From: Candidatus Marinacidobacterales bacterium
GTDB lineage: Bacteria; Acidobacteriota; Vicinamibacteria; Marinacidobacterales; DATDRI01
Direction of reading: 5' to 3'
Assembly: GCA_965219415.1 (NCBI GenBank)
Contig: CBDCNP010000002.1
Location: forward strand, 3,488,001-3,552,000
DNA: 64,000 bases
Of this stretch, positions 1 through 11,311 are shown piece by piece. Made by a program: the position numbers and the translations under genes. Numbering within the stretch: the stretch's first letter is position 1; each line of letters begins with the position of its first letter. The notes under the pieces were generated by a model that made no database searches, had not been told where the DNA came from, and saw only the letters and a list, made by a program, of their open reading frames with translations.

Positions 1-2
1 CG

Positions 3-1028
3 GTCAAGGCCAGCGTCCAGTTCATATCGGATTCGGGCAAAGCGTCCAAGCCCTTCTATTTCTTCGACCGAAAATCCGGCAAGAGCTCCTATACATGGCA
101 AGTTGAACGCTCCTGGTTCGATCAGATGTTGCTGGACAATGCGGCCGAGAAGGGTGTCGATGTGCGATCGGGCGTGACCGCCAAGGAAATCCTGTTCGAG
201 GGAGATCAGGTCGTGGGAGTAAAAGCCTCGACCTCAGGCGGCTCGGACGTCACGATCCGCTCCCATGTCTTGGTAGACGCCACCGGTCTCAATTCACTCG
301 TCTCGAGGAAGCTCGGCCTCAGAAAGAAGGACGCGCGCCTGGCAAAAGCCTCGGTCTTTTCTCACTACCAGAACGGCCTGCGGGACACCGGCATCGACGA
401 AGGAGCGACCCTGATTATTCATACCGCCGGCAATCGAGGATGGTTCTGGTACATTCCGCTTTCCGAGAACCGGGCTAGCGTCGGCGTGGTTGCGTCGCCG
501 GACGAGCTTTTTACCAACGGGGATTCCATGGACGTCATCCTCGATAGAGAGATCCGTGCCTGCCCGGCCATCGCCGGTAGATTGGAGAAGGCTCGGCGGC
601 TCCTCCCCGCCCAAGCGGTCACCGATTACTCCTATCGGGCAACTCGATGCGCGGGAGATGGGTGGGTCCTGGTTGGCGACGCTTTTGGTTTCATCGATCC
701 TATCTATTCCTCGGGCGTCTTCCTGGCATTGAAGTCGGGCGAGATGGCCGCCGAGAGTATCGGCCAGTGTTTGCGGCGTAGCGACTACTCGCAAGAAATG
801 CTGGGCTCTTTCGCTACAGCGCTCGAGGCGGGTATCGATGCGCTGCGTAAGCTGGTCTATGCGTTCTACACCCCCGGATTCAGCTTCGCCCGATTCGTGC
901 AGGAGCACCCCGAGCACCGCGAGCGCCTTATCGATTTACTCGTAGGTGACGTTTTCAAAGAGGGCGTCACCGACATCTTCGAAGATCTCAAAGCATTCTG
1001 CGATCTGCCGAACGATTCCGATGGCTAG
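3..1028 (+). CDS. Flavin-dependent halogenase-like / NAD(P)/FAD-dependent oxidoreductase (5' end outside window)
   Basis: WFWYIPL (WxWxIP halogenase motif), VDATG, GDAFGFIDPIYSSGV; frame open from the window start. Confidence 0.8.
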   Translation, partial: VKASVQFISDSGKASKPFYFFDRKSGKSSYTWQVERSWFDQMLLDNAAEKGVDVRSGVTAKEILFEGDQVVGVKASTSGGSDVTIRSHVLVDATGLNSLVSRKLGLRKKDARLAKASVFSHYQNGLRDTGIDEGATLIIHTAGNRGWFWYIPLSENRASVGVVASPDELFTNGDSMDVILDREIRACPAIAGRLEKARRLLPAQAVTDYSYRATRCAGDGWVLVGDAFGFIDPIYSSGVFLALKSGEMAAESIGQCLRRSDYSQEMLGSFATALEAGIDALRKLVYAFYTPGFSFARFVQEHPEHRERLIDLLVGDVFKEGVTDIFEDLKAFCDLPNDSDG

Positions 1029-1083
1029 GCCGGATCGGAATATGAACTCTTGTTCCGAATCGCGCTCATCAACTCGCGAGACC

Positions 1084-1476
1084 TGTGCATCGTCAAAACT
1101 GCTCCGCCCACGAAATCAAGGACTTACGCTCCGCTTGAATTCCGGGCCGAAGACGGCGAAACTCCGCCGCTATGCTCAACGTTGTTGTCTTCCTCGTCTC
1201 ACTTGGCGTCCGTGCCATTCGGGCGATGTGTCGGCGCCGCGCCGACCTGGTGTTGGAGAACGTCGCTTTGCGGCAGCAAGTGACGGCGCTGAAGAAAGAG
1301 CGCCCACGCCCACCGCTTGAAGACACGGAACGGGCTTTCTGGGTTGCTCTTCGAGGTTCGTGGCCCGTGTGGGCGAGCCGCCTGCTCATCGTCCACGCGG
1401 ACACCGTAGCCCGTTGGCATCGCGACCGATTCCGACGGTACTGGGCAAATATCTCGCAGCGCCGCCATCCCGGTCG
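1084..1476 (+). mobile_element. Truncated left part of rve/IS481-like element A (349-aa transposase type)
   Basis: Starts TGTGCATCGTCAAAACT, near-identical to the copy starting at 60327; cut at 1477 by element B. Confidence 0.85.
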
Positions 1477-1556
1477 CGTTTGGTCAAGAAATTCGTCCGT
1501 CACTTCGATCGCGTGGCACGACCCGAATACGGGTTGACACGGCCGTGTTACACGAA

Positions 1557-2018
1557 TTACTCCGGCTCAACAAGGCTACGTGTGATCGCCGACCAATACA
1601 GGAATAGGCCGACGATACTGAGACTGCCGAAAATGAACACCGCTTCAAGGCGCCCAGACAGACCCCAAAACCAGAATGAGTCCTCGGTGCCTTCCAGGTA
1701 TCGGACCAGATTATCGGCAAACGCCGCGAAGAAGAGCATCGAGCTCCAGTAGAGCGGGCCGTGATGCTGACCGAGTGGGTTGACTTCGTCCCGGGAGGGT
1801 CTTTCCCTGGCCTCAGCAAAGGACAGATAGCCAAAGCCCGTGACTATGTAAGCGATATTGAAGCCGACAAAGATCAAGATGGGTAGTGATACTCGCCACC
1901 ACGACCAGTCGCTGAAAACGGCCAGCTTAAGGAGTGCCACGATCAAAGTGAGGGCGCCGAAGACAAAGAACCCGGTGGTCTGAATTTCCTTCTCGCCGGC
2001 CGTGGCTCCAGTTTTCAT
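1557..2018 (-). CDS. Multi-TM membrane protein, passenger of element B
   Basis: ATG overlaps the transposase stop (ATGA); several hydrophobic segments; identical copy at 52777-53238. Confidence 0.7.
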   Translation of the reverse strand: MKTGATAGEKEIQTTGFFVFGALTLIVALLKLAVFSDWSWWRVSLPILIFVGFNIAYIVTGFGYLSFAEARERPSRDEVNPLGQHHGPLYWSSMLFFAAFADNLVRYLEGTEDSFWFWGLSGRLEAVFIFGSLSIVGLFLYWSAITRSLVEPE

Positions 2019-3082
2019 GCCGCCTCTCGGTGGTAGTATCTCAGCAGCCCACCGAGCCTTTCCCGACAAAGGATTGGCCCTTCGCGGGGGCCGCTGCTTT
2101 CTACAGACGGAAAGAGAATGACGTTTTCCTTGCCTTGATGGTTCCTCTCTCCATGATAATGAGCGAGATAGGAAGCCAGACACCGTCTGAATGCTGGCTC
2201 GCCGAACAAGATCAGCTTCGATAGACATTCTTCCTTCACAGACTTCACCCAGCGCTCCGCGAAGGAGTTCAAATTCGGGCTTCTCGCAGGCAGTTTGACG
2301 GTCTTGATACCCACCTCTTCGAGTGTCCGCTGAAACGACGCGCAGAATTTCGAGTCGCGATCGTGGATCAAGTAGCGGGTCGAGCAAAGAAAGCCGACAT
2401 CCGCCATGGTCACATTCCGGACCACTTGGGTCATCCACCTTTCGTCTGGATAGGGTGTGATATCGGCAATATGAACGCGTCGCGTAGCCAGGTGTATGAA
2501 GAATAAAACGTAGTAGGTGACCAGCCCGGACTTCGTCCACACCTCCGCGGTGAAGAAATCCGTTGCCGCAAGGACGTCCATGTGCGAGCGGATGAACTCG
2601 TTCCACGTCGTTGTCTTTTCTCGCTCCGGCGCGGGCGGTATACTGTGGCGCTTCAGTATGTTGCCGACGGTTTGGTCGCTCGCTCGATACCCGAGGTTCG
2701 CCATGGCCCCGGCAATGCGATCATAGCCCCACGATCGGTTCTCTCTCGCGAAGCGAATAATCAGCTGTTCGATCTTTTCGTCGATTCGTGGTCGCCCCGG
2801 ATACGTCCGGTTCTTGGAACCGTCGAACTTCCTGGCGATGAGCTTGCGGTGCCACCCGAGAATCGTATCGGGCCTGACGATACTCGCTACCTCTTCGAGC
2901 GCGCGCTTGCCGAGCTGTTTTCCGATCTCCGCCAAGGTTCTCCGCTCACCATCGGTCAGGCGCAAACGGCCTTGCAGCTGATCTCGAAGAATACGATTCT
3001 CGGTAACGAGGTACTCGTTGCGCAGGAGCAGTTCTCGGTCGACCGATCCCGTGATGTACGCCAGCATTGTCTTCCAGTCCAT
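2015..3082 (-). CDS. rve integrase-core (DDE) transposase, element B
   Basis: [38 protein letters not shown] motifs. Confidence 0.9.
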   Translation of the reverse strand: MDWKTMLAYITGSVDRELLLRNEYLVTENRILRDQLQGRLRLTDGERRTLAEIGKQLGKRALEEVASIVRPDTILGWHRKLIARKFDGSKNRTYPGRPRIDEKIEQLIIRFARENRSWGYDRIAGAMANLGYRASDQTVGNILKRHSIPPAPEREKTTTWNEFIRSHMDVLAATDFFTAEVWTKSGLVTYYVLFFIHLATRRVHIADITPYPDERWMTQVVRNVTMADVGFLCSTRYLIHDRDSKFCASFQRTLEEVGIKTVKLPARSPNLNSFAERWVKSVKEECLSKLILFGEPAFRRCLASYLAHYHGERNHQGKENVILFPSVESSGPREGPILCRERLGGLLRYYHREAA

Positions 3083-3207
3083 TGTGTCTCCCCGGAGAAC
3101 TAGAGTAAGTACCTGACCACGACCTGTGATTCAACCGGTCTAACAGACCGAGGCCAAGCCCTCTCAAACTGGCCTACGGGAGCGCGTTTGAGTTTATTGA
3201 CCAGACG

Positions 3208-3542
3208 GCCAACGGGCCACGGTGTCCGCGTGGACGATGAGCAGGCGGCTCGCCCACACGGGCCACGAACCTCGAAGAGCAACCCAGAAAGCCCGTTCCG
3301 TGTCGTCGAGCGGTGGGCGTGGGCGCTCTTTCTTCAGCGCCGTCACTTGCTGCCGCAAAGCGACGTTCTCCAACACCAGATCGGCGCGGCGCCGACACAT
3401 CGCCCGAATGGCACGGACGCCAAGTGAGACGAGGAAGACAACAACGTCGAGCATAGCGGCGGAGTTTCGCCGTCTTCGGCCCGGAATTCAAGCGGAGCGT
3501 AAGTCCTTGATTTCGTGGGCGGAGCAGTTTTGACGATGCACA
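3208..3542 (-). mobile_element. Inverted truncated left part of element A
   Basis: Reverse-complement match to 1084-1417, ending GATGCACA. Confidence 0.85.
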
Positions 3543-3586
3543 ACATACATAATCCTTGAAGATGGCTCCCTTTGGCAGATCGACCC

Positions 3587-3762
3587 CGTCCTGTGCCAAA
3601 ACTCGGCCCAGCCGGCATCGACGAAAGAACTGCGTCTATCGAAATCAGGCAAAACTCTAGCACGCGAACAGGTTACGCGGCGGCCGCCAACACTTGACTG
3701 CGGAAGCACCGACCGGAGACTAATCAAGTTCGGTGCGCGCGGATGAATAAATAGAAGGCACA
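3587..3762 (+). mobile_element. Stacked ends: CGTCC-MITE left end, IS1-derived left-end piece (to 3710), MITE right end
   Basis: CGTCCTGTGCCAAAACTCGGC at 3587; GCGGAAGCACC ending 3710; GGATGAATAAATAGAAGGCACA ending 3762. Confidence 0.75.
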
Positions 3763-3764
3763 GG

Positions 3765-3876
3765 TGACCTGTCCCCCGAAAACTGGTTCAAATCTGAGTT
3801 AGAATCGGAACCGAGATAATGACCGTGAAGAGGAGCGGTCATGAAACGAACCCGTTTCACGGAGGAGCAGATCTCG
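3765..3876 (+). mobile_element. IS3-family left-end remnant with OrfA start
   Basis: TGACCTGTCCCCCGAAAACTGG terminus; MKRTRFTEEQI from 3841. Confidence 0.7.
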
Positions 3877-3880
3877 CACC

Positions 3881-4369
3881 GTGAGCTTGATAGCGGCCGT
3901 ACTCGTTGCTTTTGGTTTAGGTTTTGACGCCCCGGCGGAGTGGGTGTCGAAGCCGTCGTCTTCTTCGATGCGCGTCGCCGTTTGGGAGCTCACCGGCGAC
4001 GACGCTCCTGCCGAAGTCGTGATCTTTTATTTCGGTGAGGGGTCTGGAGGCGGTGTCGAAGCCAACCTCGCGCGTTGGTTCGGCCAGTTCGAGCAACCGG
4101 ACGGCTCGAGCACGCGCGACAGAGCGACCATCACCGAGCGCACCGTGAACGGACTCAAGCTCACTGTCGCAGACATGCGCGGGACGTTCGTTGCTTCGGT
4201 AAGGCCGGGAGCGCCGCAGCGCAACAACCGTCCTGGATACCGGATGATCGCTGCCATTGCTGAAGGAGGCGCGGGCCCGTGGTACATCCGCGTGCTCGGC
4301 CCCGAAGCGACGGTGGCGAAATGGGAAGCGAGCGTCGAGGATTTTCTCTCGTCGCTCCGCCTCGAATAG
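3881..4369 (+). CDS. Conserved hypothetical exported protein (5' end probably clipped)
   Basis: Hydrophobic N-terminus; protein-like composition (GGGVEANLARWFGQF). Confidence 0.6.
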   Translation: MSLIAAVLVAFGLGFDAPAEWVSKPSSSSMRVAVWELTGDDAPAEVVIFYFGEGSGGGVEANLARWFGQFEQPDGSSTRDRATITERTVNGLKLTVADMRGTFVASVRPGAPQRNNRPGYRMIAAIAEGGAGPWYIRVLGPEATVAKWEASVEDFLSSLRLE

Positions 4370-4452
4370 ACGTTAAGGCGACTGGAATTTGAACCGAACG
4401 ACAACTGATGCGTTCAACGACAACGCAGCCAGGCTGAGTGTGCCACGAACAT

Positions 4453-4690
4453 ATGACCGCTAACAGTGAGAACTTGAAGCGCGCCATTCGCGGCAGCCAC
4501 GCCTATCTTAACGCCAGCCCTCGAGTCGGCATAGACTACATCAGGCAGGTCATTAGACCTGCCCTTCGTGATGCCATGAAGGAAGTCAAAGGCACTCTCT
4601 TGTCGCAGCACAATGTCGACCCCAAGGATACTAACGATGTCGTTCACTACACGAGTCTTCAGGCGCTGTTCGCCATGTTGCTCGGCAGAG
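4453..4690 (+). pseudogene. Possible DUF2971-like N-terminal fragment
   Basis: VVHYTSLQAL motif, then the frame degenerates. Confidence 0.3.
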
Positions 4691-4947
4691 CTGAGCCGAG
4701 CGGTCTTTCTGACAGATGCGGAAGTTTAAATCTCTGGGACAAGCGCAACGATTCTTGACCGTGCATGGACTCGTTCAAAACCGCTTTCGCGTCGGACGGC
4801 ATTTGTTGCAAGCCCGTCATCATCGGGAGCTAAGAGGCCGCGCTTTCATTGCTTGGCGCGAGGTAACGTGTGCCTGACGAAATCGCGAAGCGCAACAGTC
4901 AACAGGGACCAGTCTGGCTACAATGACACCAACTTGACAGTACCGTT

Positions 4948-6645
4948 ATGAACGTTGATTTGATACTGGATATGGGTTTTCACGTAGTCGGCGGCCTGGG
5001 CATTTTCTTGCTCGGCATGAAGTTCATGCAGCAGGGCCTTCAAGTCATCGCCGGCTCCCGAATCAGACGCTTGATCAGACTGGTCACGTCCAACCGATTC
5101 CTGGCGGTGGGCATCGGGCTTTTCATCACGACCCTCGTTCAATCGAGCTCCGTCACCTCGGTCATGGTGATCGGTCTCGTCAATAGTGAATTGATGGTGC
5201 TCACCGAAGCCATCGGCGTCATCATCGGCGCCAATATCGGCACGACCATCACCGGATGGATATTGGCGCTTAAGATCGGGCAATACGGCCTTCCGCTGCT
5301 CGGACTGGCTGCCTTCGGGTGGCTTTTCCTCAAGGCCGAAAAGCCGCGTTACTCGGCGCTTTCGATACTCGGGATCGGGATGGTCTTTTTTGGTCTCGAA
5401 CTCATGAAGGACGGTTTCGCGCCCGTTCGAGACCTTCCCGATTTCGCCGCCTTGTTCCATCTGTTCGAGGCGGTCGACTACTTCGGTGTCCTGAAATCTG
5501 CCCTCGTGGGCTGCGTCGTGACGCTCATCGTTCAGTCTTCATCCGCCACTTTGGGGATAACGATAGCCCTCGCCAATACGGGCGTGATCGATTTTCAAAC
5601 TGCCGGGGCCTTGGTGCTGGGCGAAAATATCGGCACGACGATTACGGCCTATTTGGCGTCGCTCGGGGCGGACGACATCAACGCGAAACGTACCGCCTAT
5701 TTCCACGTTCTCTTCAACGTTTCAGGCGTAGCCGTGAGCACGGCCCTGTTTCTTCCTGTATACCTGCCTTTCATCCAGAACGTTATCCTGGGCGGTGTGG
5801 ATCCGAATATCCAGGACGTGGAGGGAAGCTTTCCTTACATGACGGCGGGGATCGCCACGGTACACACCACGTTCAATGTGCTCGCCACGCTCCTGTTCCT
5901 TCCTTTCGTGACGCCCATCGCGAGCGTGCTAAAGAGACTCGTCAAAGACAAGCCCAAACCTCCAAGAGCGAATTTGACCCATCTGAATTCCAATCTGGTC
6001 AGCTCGCCGTTGACCGCGATCGAGCAATCGCGCCATGAGATTCAGCGGACGGATCAACATGTGAGGGACATGCTGAACGATTTGCGTCAAGTGATTTCTG
6101 ACGATAGCAGCGACCGAAGCCTGGCCGACAAGATATTCGAGGAAGAGAATACGATTGACGTCGTTCAGATCGAGGTCACGACCTTTTTGACCGACCTGCT
6201 TTCTGAAGAGCTGAGCCATGACATTGCCGAGAGGGCGCGGGCTCAATTGAGGTTGGCGGACGAGTTTGAATCGGTGAGCGACTACGTTTCGAACGTCCTC
6301 AAACTCTATCTGCGATTGCGAGAGGCCGACGTGCGGTTCACGGGCCCACAGCAAGACGAGCTACTGGGGTTACATGACCTGATTGCCGGCTATTACGACG
6401 GCGTCCATGTGGGTCTCGAGAATCCATCCGCTGACTACTTGTCCGAGATTCGTCGAAGAAGCCGCGACATCACCAATGAAATAAGAGAGCTCAGAGATCG
6501 TCACTGGAATCGATTGTCCGAGGAAACGGTGGATCCATTGATCAGCACCTCCTATATGGATATCGCGAATTCTTATCGCAGAATAAAGGATCACCTCCTG
6601 AACATCGGTGAAGCCGCCGTCGGCGGCAAAACCGTCAGGCGATGA
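4948..6645 (+). CDS. Na/Pi cotransporter family protein with C-terminal PhoU-like domain
   Basis: Two QSSS / G(A/E)NIGTT repeats; helical C-terminal domain. Confidence 0.92.
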   Translation: MNVDLILDMGFHVVGGLGIFLLGMKFMQQGLQVIAGSRIRRLIRLVTSNRFLAVGIGLFITTLVQSSSVTSVMVIGLVNSELMVLTEAIGVIIGANIGTTITGWILALKIGQYGLPLLGLAAFGWLFLKAEKPRYSALSILGIGMVFFGLELMKDGFAPVRDLPDFAALFHLFEAVDYFGVLKSALVGCVVTLIVQSSSATLGITIALANTGVIDFQTAGALVLGENIGTTITAYLASLGADDINAKRTAYFHVLFNVSGVAVSTALFLPVYLPFIQNVILGGVDPNIQDVEGSFPYMTAGIATVHTTFNVLATLLFLPFVTPIASVLKRLVKDKPKPPRANLTHLNSNLVSSPLTAIEQSRHEIQRTDQHVRDMLNDLRQVISDDSSDRSLADKIFEEENTIDVVQIEVTTFLTDLLSEELSHDIAERARAQLRLADEFESVSDYVSNVLKLYLRLREADVRFTGPQQDELLGLHDLIAGYYDGVHVGLENPSADYLSEIRRRSRDITNEIRELRDRHWNRLSEETVDPLISTSYMDIANSYRRIKDHLLNIGEAAVGGKTVRR

Positions 6646-6767
6646 AGGTCTAGTGGCTGTCCCTTCCATTTAATCGATCCGAATGGATTTAGAGCCCGAC
6701 CTCGGTAGGGTCTAGGGCTGGCGCGGTGCAAGGATGCGAATCGATGGCTGAAAGCGGCACACCATCC

Positions 6768-7145
6768 CGTCCTGTGCCAAAACTCGGCCCTTTTGAAATA
6801 GACCATAAATCAGCAGCTTAGCGACTGGGCCAAGGGCCCTGTGCCTTCTATTTATTCATCCGCGCGCATCGAACTGGATTAGTCTCCCGTCCTGTGCCAA
6901 AACTCGGCCCTTTAGAAATAGACCACAAATCAGCAGCTTGCAGTTTGGAGTAGAACCAGTTCCCGAGTTCCCGCCAATTGGGGAAGTAGAAAAGTGGTCG
7001 CGGCCGGAGATTCGCCCCGAGGTAATCCTTCGGTTGCGATCAATTGGAGATGTCGGTACGTGAAAAGCCTGTGCCTTCTATTTATTCATCCGCGCGCCCC
7101 GACCTTGATTAGTCCCCGGTCTGCCGGCACCATGCCTGCATGATT
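6768..7145. mobile_element. Cluster of CGTCC-MITE ends
   Basis: Left ends at 6768 and 6888; inverted right ends (TGTGCCTTCTATTTATTCATCC) at about 6840 and 7070. Confidence 0.75.
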
Positions 7146-7528
7146 TCGTCGCTGGTTCCCGCTCTCATCTCTGCCTTCAAGGTCGGTGGCCTGGCGGCGA
7201 CAGCGTGCAGGATTTCCACCGCGTCGAAGACGAGTTCGCAGGATGTCACTCTCATAGCTGTCTGCCCATCGATACGCGATCTTCTTTTTGCGGATCACAG
7301 GGGCCGGATCGATCCGTCTCAAGATCGGGCCACCCGGGCATCGAGGCATGAGCTAGCGACCACCGCAAAGGATGAGCCGTCGTGCCTTGGCAAGGTTCTA
7401 CCGGGGCGATCTGTGAATCGACTTCCCCATAGGCGTTCACATTCCGTACAGGGATGACGAGCCGACGGTACGAGCCTGGCCCGAGATCAGGTCTGTCCGT
7501 CGATGACCTTCGGACTGAGCACTAAGCG

Positions 7529-8179
7529 TCAGCGGTCTCCGGACTTGTCAACGCCGATCTTGCCTTCGGCATCCCGCAGCATACCGTAGATGTAGCCGTG
7601 TCCAAGACCCGCGCGCCATGCGATCTGCGCAATCGGAGCACCATGGCCCCGAAGCGCGACTACAACTGAGCACGCGTCCCAGTACCGATCCATCACAGCG
7701 TTGACACCGGACGCAGCAAGATTCCCCGCCTCCTCTTCGTGCGCGGCCCCATTCATGTGCTCGACCCCGATAGCCGCGCGAGATAGTCGCTCCAAGTGAT
7801 CCGGATTGAAGCGGGCATCGCGCCGCGCTCCCGCGTACTCACCGCCCAACGACTCGTTGTAGCCGTGAGGCGTCATGGTCCGGCGCGCTATGATCTCGCG
7901 GCGTTCGACTGCGCAGGCGGTGTACAGGTCGAGGCCGGAATGTAAGACTTCAACCACAGGATTACCGAACTGCGCAAACGGCAGTCGCCGTGCCTTTCGG
8001 TGCTCGTTGACTCGGCGGTCAACGTCCTGCGATAGGCCAATGTATTGCAACCCGCCATGCCGGCTCCAGCACAGCAGGTAGACTACAAACTCGCTGCCCA
8101 AGGCCGTCATAGAGCGTGGTGCAACCGCAAGGTAGCCAGCGACATACGGAAGCCCGCGAGCGCAAACGACATCCTCCAC
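7529..8179 (-). CDS. GIY-YIG nuclease domain protein
   Basis: VVYLL...YIGLS...RRVNEH...E...GYNESLGG. Confidence 0.65.
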   Translation of the reverse strand: MEDVVCARGLPYVAGYLAVAPRSMTALGSEFVVYLLCWSRHGGLQYIGLSQDVDRRVNEHRKARRLPFAQFGNPVVEVLHSGLDLYTACAVERREIIARRTMTPHGYNESLGGEYAGARRDARFNPDHLERLSRAAIGVEHMNGAAHEEEAGNLAASGVNAVMDRYWDACSVVVALRGHGAPIAQIAWRAGLGHGYIYGMLRDAEGKIGVDKSGDR

Positions 8180-8239
8180 TCGGGAATGGGGATGAAGTAC
8201 CCAGTCTCCTGGCTATGCAGTAGCAGAAGCAGTTCTTCG

Positions 8240-8405
8240 GGTGCTTCCGCCATTAAGTGTTGGTGAGATGATGCTAAGACGTTACGGTGCATTTAACTAC
8301 AGCCAAAATAGCGCTCGTGACCTTCGCTGCGCATTAAATGGAGCGTAAACGCCTCTTTTGCAACGGGATGCGTGCACATCACCAACAGTAAACAGCGCAA
8401 GCACC
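8240..8405 (+). mobile_element. IS1-derived MITE type 1 (about 166 bp)
   Basis: GGTGCTTCCGCC...GCGCAAGCACC ends match the IS1 at 21941-23140; five complete copies in the window. Confidence 0.85.
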
Positions 8406-11311
8406 CATCAGCGGGACAGCAGGGGCCCAACCTCTTCGTCAATGACCTGGTTCAACCGGGTCCGCTGGACCTCGAAGCGTTGCGAAAGATCATCGAATAC
8501 CGCGTACATCGATTCCGTGGGCTTGGTATCGGCCGCGCCGACGGCCCTTGAGAGCGAGCTTAGCTTTTCGGTCAACCCCGGAGGGCTCCACATCATAGGG
8601 TGGGCCTCGGACCCCATCCATATGGTTAGAATGCCCTCGATCTGCCTGAACTGCTCTAGGATCCCGTCGGCCTTGACCCTGGAATCCTCTGGCAGCTCAG
8701 CCCGAAGCCCGTCAAGCTGGGCTCGGACTTCTCTGATTCTGAGCACGGCGTCGGCCACTTCCGAAAACCGATCCCGGATGTCAACCATGAGGTCGAACTG
8801 AGCCTTGAGATCGGCATCGCTGGCTTTTACTCTCGGATCTTTCCGGATCTCGAAAGGCTGCTCGTAAGCCTGTCCGTCCACGGAGAGTCGGACGAAGTAT
8901 CGTCCGGGAGGCGCAATCGGCGATGCGGGCGGTGAGTAATCGACGCTCATAAAACCGTTCAATGCTCCAGGGGACGGGGGCATCTGGGTACCCGGATATC
9001 GCATGTCCCAGAGGAATCGGTTCATTCCTGCCCTGGTGGAGGGGCTACCGCGTTCCTTCGACCTGCTGGGGAATTGCTCGATGATCTCGCCGCCCGCATC
9101 CGTGATGGTGAACATCACATCACCGGCGGGTTCTTGGGCCAGGTAATATTCGATCATCACCCCGCGCGGCGGGTTCCTCCCGACGTCCGAGGTCTTCATC
9201 TCCGTCCATCCTCTCCCTCCCCGAAGTTGACGGAGAGCGGGAACTACTTCAAACAGATACACCGGGGCCGATGCGACTTCTGGGGTGATGGCGCGCAGGG
9301 ACGAGATGTTATCCATAATCCAGAAGCCCCGCCCATGAGTTGCCACCACTAGGTCATCGTCCTTCACGAGCATCTGCATGACCATCGCCGGCGGCAGGTT
9401 GCGTTGTAGGGACTGCCAGGAGTTCCCGGCATCGAAGGAAACGTACGCGCCAGTTTCTGTTCCCGCGTAGAGGAGACCCGGGCGGACCGGATCCTCGCGG
9501 ATGACCCACGAGTAGTCATTTTCCCGAATCCCTTTGGTGATTCGCTTCCAGGTGTTGCCGTAGTCGGTGGTCTTATAGAGATACGGTGTGCGATCGCTTA
9601 CCCTGTGCCGTCCACCGGAGATATAAACCGTCCCCCGCTGGTGGGGAGATACGTCTATGGCGGTGATGGTGGTCCATTCGGGGAGATCCGGCGGCGAGAC
9701 GTCCAGCCAACTGCCGCCACCATCTCGCGATAGCTGAACGGTACTGTCGTCGGTGCCCACCCAGAGCTCACCCTCTTTGAGGGGAGACTCGGCAATGGTC
9801 CGGATGAGACTCACGTGAAAAAGCGAGGACGCATTGGAACTAATGGGCCCTCCGGATATTTCACCCATCACGTCCTGGCGGTTCCGCGTGAGGTCGGAAC
9901 TAATCTGGTCCCAAGATTGGCCTTCGTCCGTGGACCGGAAGACGTACTGGGCGGCGGTGTAGAGCACGCCAGGATTGTGCGCCGAGAGGAGTACCGGGAA
10001 CGAGTAGTAGAAACGGTACTTGATGTCTTTGGCCGGCGTTCCGAACACCCATTCGGGCCAAACGCTGATGTGCGAAGCCTGCCCGGTTTGCCGGTCGAAA
10101 CGGACCGTCCTGGACCGATCATTTGCATAGACCACGCTGCCGTCGGGCTTCACCGCCGTCTGTCCGCCCTCGCCGGCTGGAATGGGAAGGTAGTGCATCC
10201 ATCCGATGGACCGATCGTCGGTCCGACTTGGAATCGCAATATGGCTATTGTCATTCTGAGCGCCGTAGATCCAGTAGGGCTCCTGGTCGTCCACCGCTAG
10301 ACTGAGTAGGTCGGCCGTAGGCTGGTTCTCCAGGCTCGACCAGGACTCACCTCCGTTCAACGTCACCGAGGCCCCTCCGTCCCCTCCTTCGATCATCCGG
10401 CGAGAGTCGTTTGGATCGATCCATAGCGCATGAGGGTCCCAGTTCTCCATTCTTACAGGTTTGAAGGTCCGGCCCGCGTCCGTGGACTTCAGCAGACCGG
10501 TGATGGGCTGGATATAGACGACGTCGGGATCCTTGGAGTCGGCGGTGATGTGGTTGTAGGAGTTAGGGATCTCCATCTTGCCAGGGTCTTGATGGATCAT
10601 CTGCCAGATGGACCCGCCGTCGTCGGAACGGTAGATCCCGCCTTCGTCCGCGGCAGCCTCGATGAACGCATACACCCGGCTGGAGCGCGCCGGTGAGATG
10701 GCGATGCAGATTTTCCCGACGAGGCCTTTTGGCATGCCGGGGTTGCGGGTGATGTCCGTCCAGGTGTCTCCGCCATCCGTGGTCTTGAAGAGGCCGGTGG
10801 TGGGTCCGCCGCTTTCCTCGTCCCACGGGTACGTCACATGGTGGTTCAGGGCCGCGATGATCACCTGTGGGTTTGTAGAATCAATCGTTAGATCTACGGC
10901 GCCGGAAGTCTCGCCTCTATACAGGATCTGCTCCCACGTCTGTCCTCCATCCGTGGTTCGATAGATGCCGCGATCCGGGTTGGGGCCGAACATGTCCCCC
11001 ATTGCCGCCACGTACACGATATCGGGATTAGTTGGATGAATGCGGAGCCTGGCGATGTGCCGGGTCTCTTGAAGGCCCACGTTGGTCCACGTCTCTCCAC
11101 CGTCGGTGGATTTGTATACCCCGTCTCCGGGCGAGATGAATTGCCGTTGAAGCCCCTCGCCCGTCCCCGCGAAGATCACCTTGGGATCCGATAGCGATAC
11201 GTCCAGGCCACCCACCGCAGGGAATCTGAAAAAGCCGTCCGACACGTTCCGCCAATGGCTCCCGGCGTCGGTGGTCTTCCACACTCCGCCGTGGGCGGCC
11301 CCGAAATAGAA

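Larger units (their letters stand above)
1477..3207 (-). mobile_element. rve/IS481-like element B carrying a passenger gene
   Basis: Imperfect inverted ends CGTTTGGTCAAGAAATT / CGTCTGGTCAATAAACT; contains a 355-aa transposase and a membrane-protein gene. Confidence 0.75.

Noticed and set aside
1557-2606. 349-aa ORF in the supplied track
   Set aside because: Its first ~196 aa are an alternate frame over the transposase; the plausible gene starts at the ATGA overlap (2018).
6940-7060. Possible additional IS end or structured RNA
   Set aside because: Single copy with no partner end or recognisable family.
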